From IMG/VR virus record IMGVR_UViG_3300042888_001738, positions 1 through 64,000 of that record: a stretch of 64,000 nucleotides of DNA; one strand, written 5' to 3'. The first letter of the stretch is position 1. Every line of letters begins with the position of its first letter. The notes under the pieces were generated by a model. That model was not told the origin of the DNA, did not search any database, and saw nothing but the letters and a program-made list of their open reading frames with translations. This DNA comes from a virus. Positions 38,455-48,700 of the stretch are shown one piece after another. A program made the position numbers and the translations under genes.

Positions 38455-38742
38455 CTCAACACAAGCACCACGACCTACGGAAATCTCATCCCAATCTTCA
38501 TCAATCCTACCAATATCAGGTATGATGATACAATTTGTTAGAGTTTTAATTTTAATTTTGTCAGTCGTTGTAGAATCTAATCTTATTTTACAATGATTGA
38601 CATCTCTAACAATTATAAGTAATTCACCATTAGTTGAGTAAAACTCATCACTAACTATGGCGGTTTCAAACGTATCTATGTTAATTGATCGTTCACCACG
38701 TATTACCGTTTTTCTGTTTGGTTTTTCTTTTATAATTGACAT
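38395..38742 (-). CDS. hypothetical protein
   Basis: 115 aa; co-oriented 3 nt downstream of the neck gene. Confidence 0.55.
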   Translation of the reverse strand: MSIIKEKPNRKTVIRGERSINIDTFETAIVSDEFYSTNGELLIIVRDVNHCKIRLDSTTTDKIKIKTLTNCIIIPDIGRIDEDWDEISVGRGACVELKNVRGVWYILSSDGLKME

Positions 38743-38745
38743 ATA

Positions 38746-39870
38746 TTAAATTACATATATTTGACGAGGCATTGCTCTAAACTTAAGTTGTTTGTTTAAG
38801 TTTTCCGCAAGTAACGCTTCTCTCTCCATAACTTTTTCAGGTCGTAATCTTGTTAACCTACCTTCGGGACCTATCAATTCATCCACAAGTTTTGTTTTTT
38901 CGTCTTTCGCTTCTGTTGCTAAAGATGTATAATCCATTGTTAGATCACCATCAGGTGCTTTTAAGTTACCACTAAACTTACCACGAACTCTTGCTAAGGT
39001 TTCTTTACAATAAGCGGTAAACCATCTTCTTACCCAAACCTGAGCGGGATTATTAAGTTTGTACCAACTAATTTTGTTAAATGGTACATCTGATGGTAAT
39101 AATACGATATCAGGATTATCCGCTAAACATTTATCTCTATCTCCTTGACCAACATCATAATACCAATACCAAACTCTACGTTGTGCCATTTCAGCATTTC
39201 CAAAGTCAAATCTACCACCTGGTACATTTAGTAAGTGTAATGCTTTCTTCCCGTCAGGTAACGCTGTAATATAATAAGTTAAATCAGGAGATATAATTCT
39301 TCTTTGAATGTTAATTTCCTGCATTCTTAATAACATATCAAATGCTGGCATCAAGAAGTAACTACCTGCCATATTACCCATTTGTGCGAATCCACCTGTA
39401 CCACCAATACCTCCACCGGCTATACCACCGAATGACCAGGGATCGATAAACATATTATTCATTTCTGTTGGTGAAAACCAAAGAACTTCATTGATTTCTC
39501 TACCTGCAGGAATTTCATATATTTGTTGGTTTGGTACTAATTGTACGTAATCTTTTTTGATAACCCAATCACCACCAGCTTGTAAACCAACAATCTTGGA
39601 GTATGCGTATGTGTATCTAGTTTCAAAATCTAAACTCTTGGTAACAAAGGCTCTCGCTAAAGATTGTGTGTCTAGATTTAAATTATATAATGAAGTCCAT
39701 TGAGATTCTATCAACCAATCTTGTACGTATTGTGAATAATCATCAATAGAGTACTCTAAAAGAGTATCCATCATCTCATCTTCTAATTCTACCGATCTTA
39801 AAGGGGCACCTAAAAGGTGTCTTACTTTTTGGTAGAATTCACTTCTTTCTGGTTCGTTAATAATTGCCAT
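38746..39870 (-). CDS. neck / head-tail adaptor protein (T4 gp13-like)
   Basis: LGAP...VEL.DE N-terminus and WVRRWFTA.CKE.L..VRGKFSG...PDG..TMD C-terminus. Confidence 0.7.
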   Translation of the reverse strand: MAIINEPERSEFYQKVRHLLGAPLRSVELEDEMMDTLLEYSIDDYSQYVQDWLIESQWTSLYNLNLDTQSLARAFVTKSLDFETRYTYAYSKIVGLQAGGDWVIKKDYVQLVPNQQIYEIPAGREINEVLWFSPTEMNNMFIDPWSFGGIAGGGIGGTGGFAQMGNMAGSYFLMPAFDMLLRMQEINIQRRIISPDLTYYITALPDGKKALHLLNVPGGRFDFGNAEMAQRRVWYWYYDVGQGDRDKCLADNPDIVLLPSDVPFNKISWYKLNNPAQVWVRRWFTAYCKETLARVRGKFSGNLKAPDGDLTMDYTSLATEAKDEKTKLVDELIGPEGRLTRLRPEKVMEREALLAENLNKQLKFRAMPRQIYVI

Positions 39871-39884
39871 AGAGTTTTTTTCTC

Positions 39885-39892
39885 TATAAATA
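39885..39892 (-). promoter_or_regulatory. TATTTATA putative late promoter
   Basis: + strand reads TATAAATA; 14 nt upstream of the neck gene ATG on the - strand. Confidence 0.6.
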
Positions 39893-39912
39893 TCTTTAAT
39901 AATTAGTTTGTG

Positions 39913-42108
39913 TTAGGACGGACAAACGATCTTTTCTCTATCCTTTGTTTTAACATCTAAACTAACAGGTTCTAAAACACTTTTATCTTTAAAGTAGAAA
40001 CCATCAATTTTATTATATTCAGGTTTTATCCTAAATCTTATCGATAATCTTTTTTCATCACAACCTCGTTGACCTTTGTTAGACCAATATAAATCAATAA
40101 ATTCGATAGGAACAATTAAATCACCTTCATAGATTATACCCGACATTTGACTTCTAACCTTGTTTAAATATTCCTGAGCTGAAGGTGTGGTATTTAACCA
40201 AACGAATAATTTATCGATTAATTCGTTATATAGTTTTATATAAATTGGTTTTTCACTTGATAGTGAACTTTGTTTAAAGATTGAAAAGAATTCGGACAAA
40301 TAACTATCAATAAATGGGTCCATCTTTTTTACTTCAAAAAATGATCCAGCGGGGTATAACACATTACCTTCATCATCTGTTAAATCTTTTTTAGTTATTA
40401 AGTCGGTTTTTATGTAATAACTACCCTTCTTAAATGAAGATAACATACAAGATGATATTTGATTAAATGTGTAATTTAAGGTTTCGGTACCAGAATGAAT
40501 TTTCTTTAATACATCTATTAAAGTTTCTTTTGCATCATCTGAACAGTTATAGTCTAATTGTAATTTTGTTGGTCTCTTCTCAAAGTAATCACCTGAAAAT
40601 CTATCTTCATACTTACTATGTTCTTTCTGTCTAGCATATGCCAACAGACCCTCAATATCATTAGGTATTGTCGTTGAGTACCTTTGTTTGTTTAATATTT
40701 TTTTTACTTGGTCGTCATCATATTTCTTATCAATAATAAAGTCTGAAATTAATTCTAAAAAGTTTACGGTTCTACTTGTGTCTTGGAGTGCTAATTGTAT
40801 TATTACTGGAAACGTACCTACATTTTTCTTACCAAAGAATTGATCTAATATAAACATAGAACGCTCTAATTCAGTAATCAAATATTGATCTTCTAAACCG
40901 TCTCTAAATTTTTTTAATTGGCAGTATGGTGATTCTTTAGATTTTGATTGTATGCACAAATAATCTATTTTAGAATTTCTTTTAAATGCAATTTCATTTA
41001 TCTCTTTGGATTCATTAAGTTTTTTCTTAGTTGTATGACCCACAAATAAGTCATTAACAAATTCCCAATTTACTACGTCCCAAAACTTAGAAATATATTC
41101 ATCTCTCTTATTTTGATACTTCAGGTAATACGCATGTTCCCAAACATCAAGACCAAGTAATGGATAACCACCACCCTTAACAATATTCATAAGTGGGTTG
41201 TCCTGATTAGGTGTGGACATGATTTTTAATTTTCCGTCTTTTGCCAAATATAACCAAGCCCAACCAGACCCAAAACGATCCTGAGCAGCTTTGTTAAATT
41301 CGTCTTTTAGTTTTTTTATGTTACCAAAATCTTCTCTAATCTTTTTTAAGATTTCTCCTTTCGGTAATTGTTTTTTCGGAGACAACATTTTCCAAAACAA
41401 AGCGTGGTTAAAAGCACCACCCGCATTATTTCTAACTTTATCATCAAACTTACTAATGGATTTGATAATTTCTTCTAAATCCATATCACCTTTTTTATCC
41501 TTAATTGCCTTATTCAGTTTGTCAACATACCCCTTGTAGTGTTTGTTGTAATGAATGTTCATGGTTTTAGAATCAATAAATCTTTGTAATGCGGAATATG
41601 AATAAGGTAGTTTCTCAATACCAATTTTTTTCATCTCAACCAACAAGTTTTCTTTGATGGTTTTTTTTTCAGTTAAAAGTATTTGTTCTGATAAAAGATT
41701 GATACGACCTTCTATACTTTTACTTTCATACATAATTTTTTCTAATTCAGGATGTTCTTTTTCAAACATCTTAACTAAACGACCGGCAAATGCATTCGCT
41801 TCGTCCTCATTCTGTCCACCAATGTTTGGTCCAGGTTCCCTACCTAAAATTGTCATTTGATGTTCATGAACCCACTCATGTGCAAGAGTCCTCATGATAT
41901 CCCTATTCAATCTACCTTTCGCTAAAACTTTAATAAGATTATCACCACGCCTACTACCTGTGGACATGTCTCCCCTTTTACCATCCATAAAGATAATTTT
42001 GAGATCTTGTTTCAGGGGATATTCTTTTTGTAGAAGTTTTATAAACTCACTTACAAAGTCTTTGTGTTTTTTAATTTCTTGGTTTTCGTATTTGATTGAA
42101 AGTTTCAT
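39913..42108 (-). CDS. sodA: tripartite fusion: HExxH zincin-like domain + Mn/Fe superoxide dismutase + unknown C-terminal domain
   Basis: LAHEWVHE..E.EANA; SOD motifs LPYSYSAL, HYNKH, NNAGGAFNH..FW, FGSGWAWL, NQDNP and DVWEHAYY. The likely start is the ATG at 42108, after TATTTAT. Confidence 0.85.
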   Translation of the reverse strand: MKLSIKYENQEIKKHKDFVSEFIKLLQKEYPLKQDLKIIFMDGKRGDMSTGSRRGDNLIKVLAKGRLNRDIMRTLAHEWVHEHQMTILGREPGPNIGGQNEDEANAFAGRLVKMFEKEHPELEKIMYESKSIEGRINLLSEQILLTEKKTIKENLLVEMKKIGIEKLPYSYSALQRFIDSKTMNIHYNKHYKGYVDKLNKAIKDKKGDMDLEEIIKSISKFDDKVRNNAGGAFNHALFWKMLSPKKQLPKGEILKKIREDFGNIKKLKDEFNKAAQDRFGSGWAWLYLAKDGKLKIMSTPNQDNPLMNIVKGGGYPLLGLDVWEHAYYLKYQNKRDEYISKFWDVVNWEFVNDLFVGHTTKKKLNESKEINEIAFKRNSKIDYLCIQSKSKESPYCQLKKFRDGLEDQYLITELERSMFILDQFFGKKNVGTFPVIIQLALQDTSRTVNFLELISDFIIDKKYDDDQVKKILNKQRYSTTIPNDIEGLLAYARQKEHSKYEDRFSGDYFEKRPTKLQLDYNCSDDAKETLIDVLKKIHSGTETLNYTFNQISSCMLSSFKKGSYYIKTDLITKKDLTDDEGNVLYPAGSFFEVKKMDPFIDSYLSEFFSIFKQSSLSSEKPIYIKLYNELIDKLFVWLNTTPSAQEYLNKVRSQMSGIIYEGDLIVPIEFIDLYWSNKGQRGCDEKRLSIRFRIKPEYNKIDGFYFKDKSVLEPVSLDVKTKDREKIVCPS

Positions 42109-42113
42109 CTTTG

Positions 42114-42120
42114 ATAAATA
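42114..42120 (-). promoter_or_regulatory. TATTTAT putative late promoter
   Basis: 5 nt upstream of the ATG at 42108 on the - strand. Confidence 0.55.
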
Positions 42121-42137
42121 TTCCAATCATAAAAAGA

Positions 42138-43907
42138 TTATCTCCTTTTATTGATTAGCTTAAGGATTTCCTCTGCTACGTCACCAGGGTTTTCAATGAT
42201 ACCATCACCCATTACCGTATTTATGATCCTCTTTTTATTGTTTAGTATGTCATATATGGCACCCTCGATGGTATTTTCGAATAGGGGATAATAAACCAAC
42301 ACATTTGATTTTTGTCCGTAACGATATGCTCGGTCTTCAGCTTGTGCGTGTTCTGCAGGTACAAACGATAGGTCATTCATAATAACAACCTCAGCGGAGG
42401 TCAATGTTAAACCAACACCCGCAGCCTTCAGGTTACCAACAAATATTCTGATCTTATCGTCATTTTGAAATGAATCGACGGATTGTTGTCTCATTGCGTT
42501 AGAACAACTACCATCAAGATACACCGCTTGTTTACCAAAGTGCTGATAGATAGTCTGAAGTGTGTCTGTAAAGTTTGTGAAGATGATAACTTTCTTACCC
42601 TGTTCTAAAATGTTTTCAGCAAACTCAATTGTCTGTTTAGTTTTCTCATTTGCAATTACCTTTCTAACCTTCATCAGTTTAGAGAATTGAACCGTAAGTG
42701 ATGATGACTCATCGGGGTTTTTATCATACCACTCATAATACTCACCCATCAAATCTTCATATTCTTTAGATTTTAATCTCAAATAAACAGGAGTAATAAT
42801 TTTGTCGGGTAGATCTAATACTTCTTCTTTTAATCTACGAAGAATTTGTTTTGATGTCCTATCCCTTAATTCCTCAAGATTAGAAGCACCCATAACGTTC
42901 CAAACTTTTCTTTTACCTGCCGTAAATTGGAATCCTTGACAATAACGGATCGCATAAGCTTTCCAATTCTGAGCCACAGGACTTTCGATTAGGTTTAATA
43001 AGTTATAATAATTCATAGGTCGAGAGGTCATCGGTGTTCCTGTTAATAACCAAACTCTATCTACCTTCTTTGCGAAACTATTAATTATCTTTGTTCTTTG
43101 CGCTTGAACATTTGATATCATGTGAGCTTCATCCAATATTACCAAATCAAATCCACTTTGTGTTAATAGAGACTCATCTTTTTTCTTTGGGTCAGAGTCG
43201 TGAAAGTTTTTAAGGATATCATAATTAACGATTACAAAATCATCTTCAGTTGAAAATTTCTTACCTTCTGCAATAAAAACAGGTCTATCTGAATAATTTG
43301 CGATTTCTCTTTGCCAATTAATCTTAAGAGACGCCGGACAAACAATTAGAATCTTTTTAGATCCAGTTTCTAACGCCGCTATAATTGTTGAGGTTGTCTT
43401 ACCAAGACCCATATCATCAGCCAAAATAAATCTTTTAGAACCCGCAAGTTTCTCAATTGCAATCTTCTGATGTTCTAGTGGTGGTCTATGAGAATACTTT
43501 GAGTAATCTATCTTAACCTGATCTATCTTGTGTGTTTTAATAAGTGCTGACTTCGGAACCCAAAATTCACTTAACTTATCCTTTTCAAAGAACTTACCCC
43601 AAACATGATAAGATTTTTCTTTTTCAACTAAAAGTTTTTCAATATAAATTTGTTCGGGAACTTGTAGTAGATATCTTTCTTCTGCGAACTTTTTAGCAAA
43701 GTATGTGTCTAACTCAACCCATTTACGAGCAACCTTTGGTGTTGTATTATGGTATGTTGTAATATATTCTGACTGATTTCTTGTTGGGTAAAACTTACTT
43801 GAGACTTCCTTCTTGTTTTTTAGGTATAATATATAGTTATTCGCACCACTATATGAGTCAAGCAAATCCAAAGCCTTATGTTCTATAAGTGATTTAGTGT
43901 TATCCAA
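42138..43907 (-). CDS. SNF2-family (SMARCAL1/HARP-like) helicase
   Basis: LADDMGLGKT, DEAH, LTGTP, GVGLTLT and QAEDRAYRYGQ. Confidence 0.92.
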   Translation of the reverse strand: MDNTKSLIEHKALDLLDSYSGANNYILYLKNKKEVSSKFYPTRNQSEYITTYHNTTPKVARKWVELDTYFAKKFAEERYLLQVPEQIYIEKLLVEKEKSYHVWGKFFEKDKLSEFWVPKSALIKTHKIDQVKIDYSKYSHRPPLEHQKIAIEKLAGSKRFILADDMGLGKTTSTIIAALETGSKKILIVCPASLKINWQREIANYSDRPVFIAEGKKFSTEDDFVIVNYDILKNFHDSDPKKKDESLLTQSGFDLVILDEAHMISNVQAQRTKIINSFAKKVDRVWLLTGTPMTSRPMNYYNLLNLIESPVAQNWKAYAIRYCQGFQFTAGKRKVWNVMGASNLEELRDRTSKQILRRLKEEVLDLPDKIITPVYLRLKSKEYEDLMGEYYEWYDKNPDESSSLTVQFSKLMKVRKVIANEKTKQTIEFAENILEQGKKVIIFTNFTDTLQTIYQHFGKQAVYLDGSCSNAMRQQSVDSFQNDDKIRIFVGNLKAAGVGLTLTSAEVVIMNDLSFVPAEHAQAEDRAYRYGQKSNVLVYYPLFENTIEGAIYDILNNKKRIINTVMGDGIIENPGDVAEEILKLINKRR

Positions 43908-43941
43908 AATTTGTTTTTATTAAAAATAACAATAAAAAGAA

Positions 43942-43948
43942 TATTTAT
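43942..43948 (+). promoter_or_regulatory. TATTTAT putative late promoter
   Basis: Upstream of the ATG at 43966; overlaps a - strand TTGATA-N17-TATTTT facing the helicase. Confidence 0.55.
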
Positions 43949-43965
43949 CAAGAAATAAAACTATT

Positions 43966-44478
43966 ATGAAGAGTAGTGTTCCTGTAAGTAGATTAGGGAA
44001 GTTTTTTGGGGACAACGATTTTAACCTTGAAATTAGTATGGGTCAAGAGTGGTTGATAGGTGATATGAACTTCACTTGCGTATTATACAGAGTGGATAAA
44101 AATAAAATCAAAACTGACGATGTCTATGGTGAGGTCGTTGAGGATGGTATTAAGTTTTTACCACCTGTTGAGTTTAATGCTTACGTTGGTATTGCAGCAC
44201 CCGAAAACAAAATGTTGGGGTCTACTCGTATTGATCAAGTCGAACCTGGTAACATTACTATTTCAGTTTACATGAAGACCTTGAACGATCTTGATATCGA
44301 TATCGACTTTGGTGATTATATAGGATATTATGATAGTGAAAACTTTGTTAGGTATTATACGGTCGTTAATGATGGTCGTGTTGTATCCGATTTAAAACAT
44401 ACTTATAAAGGGTTTAAACCTTTTTATAGAACAATAATTGCGGCACCTGTCGGACCAAACGAATTTAGAGGATTATAA
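43966..44478 (+). CDS. head-closure / neck protein (gp14-like)
   Basis: LYRVD...DDVYGE...F.PPVE...GD pattern, and position before the terminator and sheath. Confidence 0.55.
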   Translation: MKSSVPVSRLGKFFGDNDFNLEISMGQEWLIGDMNFTCVLYRVDKNKIKTDDVYGEVVEDGIKFLPPVEFNAYVGIAAPENKMLGSTRIDQVEPGNITISVYMKTLNDLDIDIDFGDYIGYYDSENFVRYYTVVNDGRVVSDLKHTYKGFKPFYRTIIAAPVGPNEFRGL

Positions 44479-45515
44479 TGGCATTACCAAAACAAGTTAA
44501 ACCAACATTACCTTTAACGTACCCTAAAACTCTTTTACCGAGAAGGGAACAAATAAAGGATATGATTACTAAGGATGGAACTTACCTACCTAAGTCATTA
44601 CTTCATGCAGATCTTGATGGTGGGTTCTTAGACTTTGTTAAAGAAAAGTTTAGTATAACTTCTGAGGGTAAGAAAATTCCTGTGGTTGATATCTTAATAA
44701 CAACTCAAAACTGGTCACAATTTGTTGAGACATGGGATTTTCAAAACATCGATAAGAATGTTGAACCCCCATTTATTACGGTAATTAGAAATCCTGAAGT
44801 TAAATACGGAAACAACCCCGCTGTAATGTATAACATTCCTAATAGACGAATGTATTATTATATGGAAGTCCCAACGTGGGATGGTAATAGAGCTGGTGCT
44901 GACATTTATAAAATACCTCAGCCAGTTCCTATCGATTTAAAATATACCGTTGCAATTATTTGTAATAGAATGAGAGAAGCAAACACTCTTAATCAAAGAG
45001 TTATGGAAACATTTGCATCAAGACAAGCTTATCAAGTTATTAAAGGTCATTACATTCCAATTATTAATGATGGGTTTACTGACGAATCATCTTTAGACTT
45101 GGAGAAGAGAAAATACTATATCCAAAAGTATGAGTTTACCATGATGGGATTCTTAATGGATGAAAATGATTTTGAGGTTAGTCCCGCAATCTCAAGAACT
45201 TTCCAAATGTTTGAGGTAGATCAAAGACCTGTAAAACGACCACAGAAAAAACAACAACCTACTCAATTGGAGACGATCACTTTAAATTACCTAACAGGTG
45301 AGTTAACTCAAGAATACTTCTTTAGTTACACTTGTAATCTTTATTTTGAACAGTCACCAAACGTTGAGTCGTACTCGGTTTATATCAATGACAATTATTA
45401 TGGTGATGATGTTACCGAAATACAAATCAACACTGATGATAATTTAAGAATTGATATTGTTAAGATTGATGAGTCTTCAGAATCATCACTTTCTTTTTCA
45501 CAGAAATTACTTTAA
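44478..45515 (+). CDS. tail terminator / sheath stabiliser (gp15-like)
   Basis: P.ITV.R and PVPIDLKYTVAI motifs; lies upstream of the sheath. Confidence 0.55.
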   Translation: MALPKQVKPTLPLTYPKTLLPRREQIKDMITKDGTYLPKSLLHADLDGGFLDFVKEKFSITSEGKKIPVVDILITTQNWSQFVETWDFQNIDKNVEPPFITVIRNPEVKYGNNPAVMYNIPNRRMYYYMEVPTWDGNRAGADIYKIPQPVPIDLKYTVAIICNRMREANTLNQRVMETFASRQAYQVIKGHYIPIINDGFTDESSLDLEKRKYYIQKYEFTMMGFLMDENDFEVSPAISRTFQMFEVDQRPVKRPQKKQQPTQLETITLNYLTGELTQEYFFSYTCNLYFEQSPNVESYSVYINDNYYGDDVTEIQINTDDNLRIDIVKIDESSESSLSFSQKLL

Positions 45516-45677
45516 CGGTTCCCCGTAAATGTCCTTTTTTTCTTGACATTTTTCCATAATTAGATTCTCTAAAAACCTATACATTTTAATACCTCGTTTG
45601 TCGCAATATTTCTTTAACACACCGTGAACTTCGATGTCAATCTTAAGGTTTTTTATCTTCTTATTATCGTTAGACAT
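45507..45677 (-). CDS. 56-aa ribbon-helix-helix DNA-binding protein (not in ORF track)
   Basis: Hand translation MSNDNKKIKNLKIDIEVHGVLKKYCDKRGIKMYRFLENLIMEKCQEKKDIYGEPLK gives a strand-helix-G-helix RHH pattern. Confidence 0.7.
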   Translation of the reverse strand: MSNDNKKIKNLKIDIEVHGVLKKYCDKRGIKMYRFLENLIMEKCQEKKDIYGEPLK

Positions 45678-45680
45678 AGG

Positions 45681-45699
45681 GGCAGAATTAAGGCAGAAT
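45681..45699. promoter_or_regulatory. GGCAGAAT direct repeat (11-bp period), candidate RHH operator
   Basis: GGCAGAAT at 45681-88 and 45692-99, immediately upstream of the RHH start. Confidence 0.45.
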
Positions 45700-45758
45700 A
45701 AAATCTTACCAAAATATAAATACTTTCTATAATGTAAAGTTTTTCGTGTTTTGAGAAG

Positions 45759-45766
45759 TATTTATA
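45759..45766 (+). promoter_or_regulatory. TATTTATA putative late promoter
   Basis: Upstream of the sheath ATG at 45799; a divergent copy on the - strand is at 45715-45722. Confidence 0.6.
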
Positions 45767-45798
45767 GGTAAATAAATAAATTAAAAGAAATTTTTAGT

Positions 45799-48700
45799 AT
45801 GGCAACAAACAGTAAGGTTTTTGTTTCACCAGGTGTCTATACTTCAGAGGTTGACTTAAGCTTTGTAGCACAGAGTGTTGGGGTAACTACTTTGGGTATT
45901 GCTGGAGAGACTCTGATAGGACCGGCTTTTGAACCAATCTTTATTACAAGTTTTGATGATTTCCAAACCGTATTCGGTGGGACTTCACCTGAAAAATTTG
46001 TAAATACACAGATTCCAAAGTACGAAGCCGCGTATATCGCAAAAGCATATTTACAACAATCTAACCAATTGTTTGTAACTAGAATTCTTGGTCTATCAGG
46101 ATATGATGCAGGACCATCTTGGTCAATCACAACGGTTGCAAACGTTAACCCAGATACTATCGATGTATGGTGTTTGAGTTCAGTAACAGATTTTACAACT
46201 TGTGTAACGACTTGTGTAACACCAAAAGAATTAACATTCTCAGTACAATTTACAGGTTGTACAAACGATTCAGGAACGATTAGTTATTTAACATCTTTCC
46301 CATCTGAGATTGAGGATCTATTATTATCCCAATATGAAGAGTTTAATGGTGATACCTCAACTCTAAATGATCAAATTCAAAACTTAGTATTCAATGTAAT
46401 CACAAGTACTAATCCATATACAGCGGAAGATCAACAAATTGCATACTTCGGTTCTATCGCAACTGATGATTACGATGTATTAAGTGGATCAGGATTTAGT
46501 GCTGAAACTAACGTGTTCGAAGTTCCTTCGGTTTCATTCAATGACACTGATTTGAATTCGGCGTTTAATGATTCTTGGTATTATGCATTATTTAATAATT
46601 ATGGTAATACTAATTACTCAGGTTTCTCATTCTTTACTTATGTATCAGGATTAACGGCTTATTTCCCTAACCCTACACCAACACCTGGGGCTACGGCATC
46701 ACCAACTCCTACACCTTCATTTGTAAATCCTTGTATTACACCATCACCTTTCACATCACCAACACCAACTCCTACGCCAGTTAACATCGATTGTTATTCA
46801 GGTACTATCGTTGGTAAGATCTACTACTACACAGGTACTTCTTATGTTGATTATGATAATGTTGTTGTTGGTACTTTGAGATCAAGAGGTATTTCTACTT
46901 ACACAACTGACACTAACCCAACTTATTCAGTAACAGGTACGTCAGACGTAACATTAGACATGACAGGTCAATACGCTGGAGTTCTTAAAAACCCTTACTT
47001 AACGTTTGGTGTTAATGTAGTTGATAAGTTCGGTACGTCATTTAAGTTCGAAACATCACTTACACAAAACGATCCAGAATATTTCACTAAAGTATTTGGT
47101 ATTACTAACTTCCAAAAACCAAGAATCGAGGTTCCGATATTTGCTGAAGAAGTGTTCCAATCATTCTTGAACTACTCTTGGAGAAAAGGATATATCAAAG
47201 GTCTTAACCCTAACCCAATCGCATTAGACTCAGCACAAAGTGGTGATCCTAATTCAATTGGTTGGTACTTAGATAAATGGCAAACACCAGCATCACCATA
47301 CGTGGTATCTGAATTAAGAGGTAATAAAGTTTATGACTTATTTAGATTCTACACAGTTTCTGATGGTGACGCAGCAAACACTTTAATTAAAGTTTCAATT
47401 ATCAATCAAACATACAACAACTTAACGTTTGACGTATTAATCCGTGACTATTTTGATACAGATGCAAATCCTGTAGTACTTGAGAAATTTACAAACTGTA
47501 CTATGGATCCAGGACAAAATAACTTTGTTGCGAATAAAATTGGTACATTAGATGGAGAATACTTGTTAAACTCTAGATATGTGATGGTTGAAATGAGTGA
47601 GGATGCTCCGATAGACGCATTACCTTGTGGATTCAACGGATTCAACTTTAGAAATTATGCAGGTGCTAATTCACCATTCCCAATTATCAAAGGTAAATAT
47701 GACTTCCCTGGTGAAGTTATTTACAACCCACCGTTTGGTTTATCTTCAGGTAACGATAACGCGTTGATAAGCCCGGGAGATAATGTAAGAAGAACTTACT
47801 TAGGTATATCCAATAGTTTAGGTTGGGACCCTGCTTACTTCGAATATGTTGGTAAGAGAAATCCAATCAACTCTTGTGATATCGATGGTTTACCATTTAA
47901 CTACAGATCCGCTGGTTTCCACATGGACGTAAATGCAAGTGGTTTAACAATCGGACCTGAGTTCTCAACAGCAGGTGACCAAAGATTTATCTGTGGTAAC
48001 TCACCGTTCATTACTGATCCTGAATCACCAACAAATGCATACTACAGATTGTTCGCTCGTAAGTTCACATTCTTAGTACAAGGTGGTTTCGATGGTTGGG
48101 ATATCTACAGAGAGTGGAGAACAAATACAGACCAATTCCAAATTGGTAGAAGTGGATTCTTAAGAGGGGCTTGTCCTTCTACAAGATACCCTAACGCTAC
48201 AGGATGGGGAGCATTCAAAGAGATTTCTCTTGGTGATGGAACTCAAAACTTTGCAAACTCTGACTACTACGCATACTTGTTAGGTCAACAAACATTTGCA
48301 AACCCTGAAGCGACAAACATCAACGTATTCGTTACACCTGGTATTGATTATGTAAATAACAGTAACCTTGTAGAGGCAGCAGTTGAGATGATCGAGTTTA
48401 ACAGAGCGGATTCACTTTACGTGTGTACAACACCTGACGTGGATATGTATGTTCCTAACTTGAACGGTCAAGACTTATTAATCTACCCAACTGAAGCGGT
48501 TGATAACTTGGATAACACAGGAATTGACTCTAACTACACAGCAACTTACTATCCGTGGGTATTGACAAGAGATAGTGTGAATAACACTCAAATCTATATC
48601 CCACCAACAGCTGAGGTTACAAGAAACTTAGCGTTAACAGATAACATCGCGTTCCCATGGTTCGCAGCGGCGGGTTACACTCGTGGTATTGTTAACTGTA

